From assembly GCF_030144855.1 (NCBI RefSeq), contig NC_082710.1, positions 152,148,001-152,212,000 of the forward strand: a stretch of 64,000 nucleotides of DNA, written 5' to 3'. The DNA is from Hypanus sabinus. Lineage: Eukaryota. This document shows, piece by piece, positions 13,001-25,000 of the stretch (position 1 is the first letter of the stretch; every line of letters starts with the position of its first letter). Made by a program: the position numbers and the translations under genes. Below the pieces are notes generated by a model. The model saw nothing but the letters and a program-made list of their open reading frames with translations, had not been told where the DNA came from and did no database searches.

Positions 13001-16000
13001 TTTCAGGGCAATGCTTCAATATGACACAGGTGCTCAAGTGAGCATGCTGCCACAATTGATCAGAAGGCAAAAATGATAAAACATCAGTGGAGGTCACCAA
13101 ACACAGCTGGATTCAGTCTTTCAGTTTAGACATTTACTCTGTGACATTTGCTTTACTGTCCTCAGCACTGAGGCAGTGCCCTTCTCCGGACTTCATGTCT
13201 GAGCTTTGTGACAATTTGCCCCACTGTGTGATGATTTGAGAATAAGTCTATGAACCTACTCCAGGCATCAAACCTATGGGCTAATTTTAATACTGAATGC
13301 TGTTGAGAGTTTTATTGTTTGCCTGATTTGTGTGTTTTCTTTCTTCCTCTGCATATTGGGTGTTGGTTTTTTTAAAATTGGGTTCTTTCTGGTTTTGTGT
13401 TCTGTGGCTGCCTGTAAACAGACAAACAACAAGGTTATGTAATTTATAATTTTTTTATCATAAATATGCTTTCAATTTTGATATCATGGTCTTCTTCCCC
13501 CAAGGACCACTCTTCTGTCTTTTCAGATTCCTTCTTCTCCAGCCCTGTACCTCTTCCATCTATCATCTCCCAGTTTCTTACTGTACTTCACTTCCACTCT
13601 CCAACCCACCTGTCTTCATCTACAACTTTCTAAGCTTGTACTCCTTGCCCCCACCTTCTTATTCTGGCATCTTTCCTCTCTAGCCCTGATGATGGGCCTC
13701 AGCCCTTAAGGTTAACTGCTATATATTTCCATAAAAGCTTCCGGGCCTGCAGAGTTTCTCCAGAATGTCCTGTGTGCTGCTCTAGATTTCCAGCATCTGG
13801 AAAATCTTGTACTTATAACCTACTCTCCTGCATGCTTTTGGGGACCTGTAGGAAAGCAAGGCAGCGACATGGTCACATGAAGAAAATGCAAACTCCAGAG
13901 GTAGCATTAGAGGGCAGCATTGAGCTTTTGTAACTGGAGCTATAAACTAATAGCTCTACAAGCCATCAGATGTAATTTTGCTGTAGATTAAATGTCTACC
14001 GTGAATAGAACATAAAAATGGTACATTTGATAAAGGAAACATGATTGATATTGTTCCTGATAATAATTCAATGAATATCTTATTGACATTAAAATTATAT
14101 TAATATAGATCTGAAGGTTGACAGAACTTGTGACCATGCAATAATAATTTGCTGCAGATATGAATCTTTTTCAATATGTCCAGAGTTAATTACTATTTCA
14201 GTAAAAATTTACTAAATACACAAATATCATACGATAAAAGCAACATTATGAAAAATAATCAGTTAGACAACACCACTGTCAATGCCAGCTGTGGCAGAAT
14301 GAATTTCACAACTTACAGTCGGAGTTATTGGTAAACCAATTGCCCAAGCTATGTTATGTCTGACCTTCAAAATCCTAGTGCACCATAGCGCAGCCATACA
14401 ACTATTATTTCATGACATTTCATATTTCCAGCATCTGTATTTTTCTTAATATTCATTTGCATTGACCTACACCACCTTCCAAGTTCATTCAATTGACTGA
14501 ACTAACCTGTAGTTGTGTTATGCTGTTGCAGCCATTCTGTAGCCTGCCCCTTTAAGATTCCATGGAAACCCTGTTCAGTCATGGTATCGTTTGCCCAATA
14601 AGACTTGTCAAATGCAGCTGCCATCCATCTTTGTCTTGGGACTGTCATTTCCATAGTTTTGTCATAGTACTGGATCTCACAGCCATCCAGGACACCAACA
14701 ATGCTATACTCAGGTAGATCAGCATTCCCATGATTCAGAGTGTAGTAATAGATCAGTGAGTGAGACTCTAGAGAGAACAAAACAATAGAAATATGTTAGT
14801 GAACAGTGACTGGAAATAGCTTAAAATAATATATTCAGAGAATAAGACATCCCAAATTCAGATGGGTTGGTTAAATGGCCATGGTATCCTGCCCATAGTG
14901 TGGAACTGAGTGGTGAAATCTGGGTGTAGTACTTGGGAATATCAAGAGAAAAATGAGTTATTGCAGGATATGTGCAAATGGTCAGCACAGATTTCCATAT
15001 CAACCTCCGCTGATTAAGTTAGATCACATTATGCTTAAGTGAGACCTACCATTTTTATTATACATTATTTATTCAATTACAGTATTTTATTTTATTTAGC
15101 AATACAGCATGGAGTAGGCCCTTAAAGCCATGCTGCCCCAGCAACACCTGACAAATATGATCAACTCTAAACGAATCACAGGACAATTTGCAACAACAAA
15201 TTAACATACCCAATATATCATTAGACTGTGGGAAGAAATCAGAACACCCAGGAAAACCCACACATTCCATAAGGAGGACATACAGACTTCTTATAGGTGG
15301 TGCTAGAATTGAACTCCAAAACACCAGGTTGTAATAGCATTGAGCTAACAGCCACATTATGTGAGAGTGTTATCTGCCACTGACACTCTCCTCCACCCAG
15401 CAGAACATGTTTTTAAAAATTAAGACAAACTTTTTTTTAAACATTCTTCTCACTTTATACAAAAATAACTGAAGCCATGAGCACCAGCTATGTATCCCTT
15501 TTTGATAGCAACTTGGTAGAGTGCTTATTGCTAGCTCCACTCCCTTTTTTTCCGGTAGAGCATTAATAACTGCATTGGTACTATCTTGGTATGGAGCACA
15601 CCTGTTTTGTCAATTTTCCTACTAACCCTCTCAGTACTCAAATTCACAAAGAACATTTCTGATACATTTCCCCTCCATCCAGATCATCTCAGAAGATGAA
15701 CATAAAGCTAACATTTACTATAAACACAAAGGATCCATCATCTACCTAGACTACACCCTCTCCCACCATCTTGTGTAGTGATACCATGGCTTTCTTGGTT
15801 TCTCAGTCTCTAACACATCTATTCTAAGAGATGGTTTTCTATTCCAGAAGTGTGGCTTCCAATGGTCTGACATTAGTGACTCCTCAGTGACATCTCCTTC
15901 CACCCACCCCCCCACACTTCCCTGCACAGCCTCGTCACAGACAAGCAAAGTTCTTCTGTTCCTCATCTTTCATATCGGCCCATGCATCTAGAATATCATT

Positions 16001-19000
16001 CATCATATCCATCCATCACAACCACACAACCTATCACATTTCCCTGATCTCACATCACTCTGCTTTTAATAGAGATCACTTTCTGCATGGCCACCTACTT
16101 TATCCAATTCCTCCATATTCCAGAAATACAACTCTTGCTCCTACAACACTTCCATCATCCACTGACCTAAACTGGCCTTCCTGATGAGGCAGAGATCCTC
16201 TGTCAATGTGGCCCACTCTATATTGGAGAAACCAGGCACAGATTGGGCAACTACCTCACTGACCATCTGTGCTCCATCCACAATGGCCATCTCAAACTTC
16301 CATTCACAAGTCAATTCATATCTCCTTGCATTCCCACTGGGATGCATTTGCCCTTGGTCTTCTGCACTGCCAGCATGCGGCTAAGTTCAAGCTACAAGAT
16401 TGGAAGCTCATAAACTACCATCAGACATAGGAGCAGACTAAGACCATTTGTCCCATTGGGTTTGCATCACCATTTCATCCTAACTGATACATGTCCCTCC
16501 CAGCCCCAATCTCCTGTCTTCTCACCATACCCACACATGCCCTGACTAAACAAAATCCTATCAACCTCTGCCATAAATATGTCCAATAACTTGGCTGGCA
16601 CAATCACCTATGGCAATGAATTCCATGAGATTCATCAGTCCCAGAAGAATGTAATTGATCTTCCTTTGCTCCTGCTCTAATATCAGCACATCCTTTCTTA
16701 GATAAAAGGGCCAAAACTGTTCACAATACTCCACCTGAGGCCTCACCAGTGGGTTATAAAGCTTCAATTGTTGCAAGGACGTGGCAGTGGAATGAACCCA
16801 AATGCAGAAAACAGCGTGTAGGCAGAGTCAGGAGGCATTATTAACGTACCAAGCATGGAGTCAGTATCCAGGAGCAATGCTTGACCTAGAACTGGTAGTC
16901 CTAAGAACCATGAGACAAGGTTACTCACATTGGAGTCAACCAACAAACTGGCAGCTCCTTGTTGTGCTCACAGGGTTTTTATACTGCATTTGCTGATGGA
17001 AAGCAGCTGCTTGTAGTTAGTGGAACCTGGGAATAATTGAAACTAGCCGAGGTTGTTGAGGCCCAATTCCTGAGGTAAATAGCTAGGTGGGCGATTGCCA
17101 GAAGGGACCATGACAATACCCCTCCCTCAACAGGAGCCTCCAGGTCTGTCTGGATGGTCCCAATGAAAATCTTGGATGAGGAAGGGTCTAGGACAGGGGT
17201 CAGCAACCTTTACCACTGAAAGAGCCATTTGGACCTGTTTCCCACAGAAAAGAAATCACTGGGAACCACAAAACCCGTTTGACATTTAAAATGAAATAAC
17301 ACTGCATACAACGCTTTTTTGCCATTATGCTATGTATAAACAAACTAATGTGTTGCATTTATGAAATCGATTAACTCCTGCAGAGAAAACTAAATTGCAT
17401 TTCTACATGCAACAAAAACATTTTGAACTCCGAAAAAAAGACGTTGGGTTGAAGGATACTTTTAAGTAAAATACTGAATGCCTATTTGAGTCCTTCTTGT
17501 ATTTATCAAAAATGCCGAACTTAAATTGACCGCCAGCAGCAAACCAAACATAACGTCAGCCAGCTGTCAACCTGAAAAATAAAAGGACTATTTAACTGAA
17601 CAATGAAAAAAATATGAATATACGTAAAATAATAGGCAATTAAAATATTTATCATACTTTGTTAATGGGTTTTCTGCTCCTGGATCTCAGCGCACAGCAT
17701 CTGCACATCAGGGCTGTATGACGTCACCTTCATCTTTACACAGGATCGCAAGCTGTCATCTGTGAGGCATGCACGATGTTTGTTTTTAATAAAGTTCATG
17801 TTGGAGAAAACCTGCTCACAGACATATGTGGATCCAAAGATTGACAGGACTCCAAGTGCATACTTTTTAATGTTTACATAAATGTCGGGGATAGTATTCC
17901 ATGTTTCGAACACGTTTGTCCGATTTGGGGAGGTTTTCAATATCACTCTATTTGTGATTCTGAGCAAGAACGGCCTTCTGACAGGCAACATCTTCAAGGT
18001 CTGCGTCAAGCGTCTAAACTTGGACACCCATATGTCTTTGTCAGCTATGTCGGCCAGTTCCACCTCAAGATCAGGTTGACTCACACCTGCCAATGCAGTC
18101 GTATTCAGTAGGGATGGATCAATGCTGAGGGGAGTGACCGGGAAACAGTAATGTGTTTTTTTTTTCCTCTCTGAACTCACCGAAGCGTTTCCCAAACGAT
18201 GTTTGCATTGCGATGATTGCAGAATGTAAATACTCCGAAGTTATCATGTCATGAGCTTGTTTGAACTCTCTCAAATTAGGGAAGTGAGACAATGTGCCTT
18301 TCGGTAAATCTCTGGCAAGCATGGTCATCTTGCGCTCGAATGCCAAAACATCCTCCAACATGTGCAGGGCTGGGTGTCCTTTCCCCTGAGGAGCTGTGTT
18401 CAGCGTGTTTCAGGTGCGCTGTCATGTCTACCATGAAGTGTAGCTTTTCCAGCCACTCTGGCTGTTCTAGCTCAGGAAAGGTGAGCCTTTGCTGCCCAGG
18501 AAAGTTTTCACTTCTTCCAGACACGCGACAAAGCGTTTCAGCACCTCCCCTCTGGACAGCCACCGGACTTTGTTGTGCAGCAAGAGATCAGAATCTGCGC
18601 TTTCCAGCACATCATCAACGGAATTGATGGTGATTTAAACTTTTTGCCATTATTTTATTGAAATTCTGAATGACAACATCGATTACTTCTGTGCATTCCG
18701 GAGGAAATGTTTGAGCGCACAGTGCCTCTTGGTGCAAGATGCTGTGAAAAGTCAGCAGCTTTCTGTCCAGCGATTTCTGCAGTAAAGCCACAAATCCCCT
18801 GTGCACTCCTGTCATACTTGGTGCCCCATCAGTAGCTACTGACACCAGGTGCGTTGTCTTTGTTTCGTTGGCTCTTAAACAATTCAGGACAGCCTCACAG
18901 ATGTCCTACCCATGTGTTTGGCCTATTAGAGGTATCAACTCAATCATTTCTTCCTGTGGCCCGGCAGAGTTTACATACCGGCAGAACAGCACTATTTGTT

Positions 19001-22000
19001 CAATATCACCTTTGTCTTTAGACTCAGCACAGGCAATCGAGTAGGCCACTGCTGAATTTATGTCTTTAATTTACTGTCTTATGATGTCTTCTGCCATTTT
19101 TATGGTTTTGTCTTTGACAGTCTTTGCAGAGAGGGGCATATCCCTGATTTTCTGCACAATTTCACTCTTGTTTTTAAAGTCCGTGAATAGATGTTCTGAA
19201 ATCTTAATGAAAGATTCTTTTATATATTCACCATCTGTAAACTGCTTCCCGTGCCTGACTATTTCCTGAGCGGCAACAAAACTAGCATATGTAGTTGATT
19301 TTCCAGACTTCATTAACTTCTTGAAATGATTTTTGCTCAGATCAACCTTCCGCATCAGTTCCGAAACAGTTTTTTTTCTCTCATCTCCATCCAGATATTT
19401 TTGAGCAAAGGCTGCGTGTTTATTCTGGAAGTGTCTTGCGGCATTTAACTTTTTGTTGTTTGCTAGTTTCTCATTGCATATTAAGCATACCGGTAAACCA
19501 GTCTCGTCAGCAGTGGAAGCAAATGAATCTGCCCACGTATCATTAAACATTCTGTTTTCTTCAGTCACTTTTCTTTTTTTAGAATTGTCCATAGTTAGCC
19601 TACCTTGGATCGAAAAATTTTAAAAATTGCACACTGGCGGCTGTCAGGCATTGGCAGTGGTGACGTATATTAATAGCGACAAAAAACAAGTTTTATTTAG
19701 ATTGTACAAGATCACCATGATCTTCAAATTTAGAATTACATTTCAAAAACTAACAAACTAACATAAAATACATTTTAATTAAATACTCATCATTTATTTT
19801 CCAAAGCCACAGGGAGCCGCAGCACAGAGATGAAAGAGTCGCATGCGGCTCTGGAGCCGTGGGTTGCTGACCCCTGGTCTAGGATGAAGGAGCTGGTGAC
19901 CCAGGAACGCTCTTCCGTACCTTACCCTTCCAGTCTACAGGGTATTGGAGACTCCTGCCCCTACGGCGTACATCCAGTAGTCTTCGGACGGTATATGCCG
20001 GATGGTTTTCGATGATACAGGCAGGTAGGGGAGTGTCAGCCGGGGGACACAAAGGGCTGACGGAGACTAGCTTTAACGGAGACACATGAAAATTTCAGTG
20101 GATGCGAATGGACCTTGGCAGCTTTAGGCAGACCGCTGTGGGATTGATAACCCTTTCAACCTTGAATGGTCCCAGGAAGGGAGGGGCGAGTGTCCTATGT
20201 TCGTTTTTGAGTGGGATATCCTTGGAGGAAAGCCACACCATCTACCCAGGTTGGTACTCCAACTCCAAAGTCCGGTGTCGGTCAGCTGTCTTCTTATTTC
20301 GATTTGTTGATCGGAGTAGGGCCGTGCATATTTCCTCCCACATCTTAAGGCACCGATCAATATGGTCCCGAACCGACGGTACTGCAATCTCCTCTTCCTG
20401 TGTGAGGAACAGTGGAGGTTGGTACCCAAGGGAGCACTCGAACAGAGCCGTCCCAATGCTAGAGCTCACCAGAGAGTTGTGGGCGTACTCAGCTCATGGG
20501 AGGTGGTCGCTCCAGGTCGACGGGTTGTTTGCCATTTCACAATGTAGCGTCGCCTCCAGGTCTTGGTTGACCCATTCCATCTGCCCGTTTGTCTGGGGGT
20601 GGAAGCCGGATGACAGGCTGACAGATGCACCCAAGGCTTAACAGAAGGCCTTCCACACCTGTGAGATAAACTGGGGACCTCGATCGGAGACAACGTCCGC
20701 GGGGATTCAGTGGAGGTGGAAGACAAGGCGGACGAGAGGATATGCGGTTTCTTGAGGAAGGGAGTTTAGGGAGGGCCACAATGTGCACCGCCTTAGAGAA
20801 TCGGTCTGCCACGGTGAGGACAGTGTTTTTCTGCGGGATGGTGGGGGTGGGATTGACGAAATCTCGGGCGATGTGTGACCAGGGACAGGTAGAGGACGAA
20901 GTAGACTTGCAGATGATCGATGAGGGAGACCTGGGCACAGATGGAACATGCCAAGACACCAGAATGTCCCTCTCCATGGATGGCCACCAAAAGTGCTTTC
21001 TCAGGACAGCCAGGGTATGATCACTCCCTAGGTGGCAGGCGAACTGGTATGTGTACCCCCATTGGAGAATGAGAGACCTGACAGAGACGGGCACATGCAG
21101 GCAATCGCTGGGTCCGTTGCCAGTGTCGGGGTCGTCCCACTGAGTTTCCTTTACATTAGCCTCGATCTCCCAAGTGAGGGTGGCCACTACGCAGAATGGT
21201 GGGAGAATAGTCTTTGGCCTGGAGGCGTCATCCGTGGAGTCATGCTGGAGGGATAGCGCACCGGGCTTCCCGTTCATGGATCCCGTACGGTACATGAGGG
21301 TGAACTTGAACTGACCAAAAACAATGCCCAACGGGCCTGGTGGGAGTTCAATCGCCTGGTGGTCTGAATATACCAAAGGCGTCCACCTCAACGATTAATT
21401 GATGGGATGGGTCCAGAAGGACCTGGATGGGGGCAGAGGTGAATCGCCTTTTCAGGTCGGTGAATGCAGATATCGCTTCAGAGTCCCAGCAAAAAGGTGT
21501 GGTAGTTGAGGTAAGCCAGATAACGGGGGCCAGCAGAGACTCTAGTCTCTGATGAATCTGCGGTAGGAGTTTGCAAATCCCAGGAATTGTTGAAGTTATT
21601 TGCGTGTTGTGGGTCTGGGCCATTCCTCCACTGCCCGGATCTTCTCGTGGTCTGCTTTTAGCAGCCCACTTTCAATGATACAGCCTCAGAAACTCACTGA
21701 AGGGACAAGGAACTCACATTTTTCCACCTTTGCAAATAACTGGTTTTCCCACAGTCTCTGGAGGACTTGCCAGACATGGTGTACATGCTCTTGGGAGCTG
21801 CTAGAAAGTATCAGGATATCATCAAGGTAAACAAATATGAACCGATTGATTAAGTCCCTCAGTACGTTATTGATCAGGGTTTGGAAAACAGCGGGAGTAT
21901 TGGTGAGGCCAAATGGCATGACCAAATATTCAAAGTGGCCCAGAGGTATATGAAGGCCGTCTTCCATTCATCCCCCTCCCTCATCCTGACTAAATGGTAG

Positions 22001-25000
22001 GCATTGCGAAGGTCCAGCTTTGAGAAGATGGTGGCTCCATATAGTGGTTCAAATGCCAAACTAATGAGGGATAGAGGGTACTTGTTCTTAACGGTTATAT
22101 TATTTAGGCCTCTGTAATCGATACAAGAGCGAAGCGTCCTGCCCTTCTTTTCTACAAAGAAACCGGCGCCTACTGGGGAGGATGAAGGCCTGAATGCCCC
22201 CCGCGAGGGACTTGCTAATGTATTTCTCCATGGCCTCTCTCTCTGGTCGGGATAGGTTAAAAATGCGACTGGTGGGTAGCGAGGCCCCGGGGAAAAGGGT
22301 GATGACACAATCATATGAGGCAGGGGAAGGGCCCATTGTTCACTGAACACCTATCCCCAGACATTGTACTCTGTGGGGTCGCGGCACAAGTCGAGGGATT
22401 CCAAAACAGGTGGGGTCGTGGTAGCTTCCCTGGGAGACGGGGCCGACCGCAGACAGTTAGCATGACAAGACGGGCTCCATTCAGCTATCCTCCCGATAGG
22501 GCAGTCGAAATGGGGATTGTGTTGAGTCTGTCATGGATACCCTAGTACTACCAGAGCTTGAGGTGAATGAATGAGACCCAATCGCACCTCCTCCCGATGG
22601 TTGCCGGATAAGATCAAGGTCAAGGGTGGTGTATAGTGGGTCACCCGAGCCAGCAGTTTTCTATCCAAGGCCCGGGCCTCCAGGGGGGTGGTTAGCGGCT
22701 CACGAGGTATTCCGGCCTGGGTGGCTACCTCTTCGTCCAGCAGATTGTCCTCAGCACCAAAATTCACCAAAGCGGATAGGGACGGGGATTTTTGTTGGTA
22801 ATTCACGTTTGCCCGGATCTGTATCCGAGTCTGGGGTGATGAAGGAATTATCATTCGGCTCACTGGAGCTCCCTTTTTCACCAGTGAGCCCTCCCTTTTG
22901 GCCCACTGAAGGCAGGTATCCCGGAAATGTCCTGGCTAGCCTCAACAGTAGCAATCCCCAGCACTCCACCTCCGAATTCGTTCGGTCGGGGCGAGACGGT
23001 TCCGTCCCAGCTGCATCGGTTCCTCCCCCGGGGGGGGGGGGGGGAAACGGTCTTAGTAGGAGAACACACTGGGAGCAGCTGGCTGAGATTGGTAAGGTGG
23101 ACCGTGGGCTTCCGAGGAGCAGGGCGACTGGTTCTCTCTCTGACGCTCCTGAAGTCAATCATCTAATCGAATGGCTAGCGAGATCAGAGAGTCCAGACAG
23201 TCCATGTCGTCCCCTGTGGCCAACTCATCCTTTATCTTGTCTGAGAGGCCCTGTCAAAACACCTCCCATAGGGCCTGAACATTCCACCCGGAGTCTGCGG
23301 CTAAGGTCCAGAACTCAATGGAATACCTGACCATATTTCGCAAAGCCTGATGAGAGTAAGCAACCGTTTTGTGGTGTCCTTCTTTTTTGTATTAACCCTC
23401 CCCCTCCCTTAACCCTTATCTAAAGAAAGAAAAAAGAAAGAGAAAGATTGCCTGGATATCGGAGGATCCCCACATGTTCCATGGAGTTCAAAATAATTTT
23501 GATGTTTATTTTTTACTTTCCCCAATTACTATAATTTTATCTTCAAAGGACCTATGTATTTAATCCTATCTTTTGTAACCCAATCTCTCTTTAATATCTT
23601 ATGTTCTGTTTCTGTTAAATGTATTTCTTGCATAAAAAAGCTATATCTCCTTTCATTTTCTTAATATATGTTAAAACTCTTTTTCTTTTCACAGGTCCAT
23701 TGATTCCATTAACACTAAAACTTAAAAAATTAAGTAAATTAATCATTCATATTACCTTGGGAATTCTTTAAAATTACCCAGGTTGCTATGAGTGTCTCCC
23801 CAATCATCCAGGCAAAGAAGAAAACTAGAAAAAAGATAACTAATATAAGAAAAAAACAAAATACCCCCCCACTAATGTTGCAAATAAAAAGAACACAACA
23901 TTACCCCCCCCCCCCGCATTTTATGGGTCATGGCAATCGCCGTGATTGTACACGTGAAATTCGCAGCTATCGATCAGGAGATCCCCCAGCTCCCCCGCAA
24001 AATAAAAAAAGAAAAATATATCAATAAGAAAAAAAAAGATTAATGTCTCTACTCTCAATTAATACTCCTCGACCATTTTTTTTTCTTATAAATGTCCATC
24101 AGGTCCAACCTTATTTCAGTCTTCATCATTAGTCCATTTCATTTCTATAATTATTTAGTCCTCTTCACGGGCATCAGGTAATTCTTGTACAAATTCCTCC
24201 ACTTTCCGGTAGTCAACAAAGAATCTTCTTCCTCCATTATCCAGGAAAATTATCAATTTTGCTGGATAGCTCAATAAAAATTTGTAGCCCTTTTCCCATA
24301 AAGATTTTTTCACTGGATTAAATTCCTTCTGTCTCTTCAACAGATCGTGGCTTATGTCTGGATAAAAAAAAAACTCTTTTCCCTTCTACTATCAATGGCC
24401 CATTTCTCTTTTTAGCACCTTGAGTAGCTGCCTTCTAGATCATTTCTTTATCTTGATACCTTAAACATTTTATCAAAATTGATTTCGGATTTTGATCTTG
24501 TTGAGGTCGTGGTCTTAAAGCTCTATGTGCTCTTTCAATTTCAATTACTTGACTTCCTTCTTTCAATTCCAAAATTTCCGGAATCCATTTTTGAAAGAAT
24601 TTTATTGGATTTTTTTCCCTCTGTACCTTCCATAAGACCAACAATTTTAATATTATTTTGTCTACTAGAGTTCTCAAGCACATCCATTTTTTCCATCATC
24701 CGTTTTCTTTCTGCTGTCCAGGCAAGCTCATCATATTCTATCTTTTCTATTCTTTCTGTGTTTTCTTCTATTTTTACTTCCATCTCTAACTTTATTATCC
24801 ATCTTCTTTTATTCTTCCACCACATTGTCAAGTGTATTCTGTATGCTTCTTATATCTGTTCTTATAGCTTTAAATTCATTCACCATATCTGTTCTTATAG
24901 CTTTAAATTCATTCACCATATCTGTTCTTATAGCTTTAAATTTGTTGATTATAAGTATCAGGATATCTTTTATGTCTCCTTCAATCTCTTCCTTCTATTC

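Noticed and set aside
15300-15358. tRNA-like A/B boxes
   Set aside because: They are the head of a SINE; no full cloverleaf is evident, so no tRNA gene was called.
22626-23330. 234-aa plus-strand ORF and other long ORFs at 20102-20641, 24479-25045 and 11458-12105
   Set aside because: The first three are antisense shadows of Gypsy or L1 coding sequence; the last is a chance frame across Penelope fragments.
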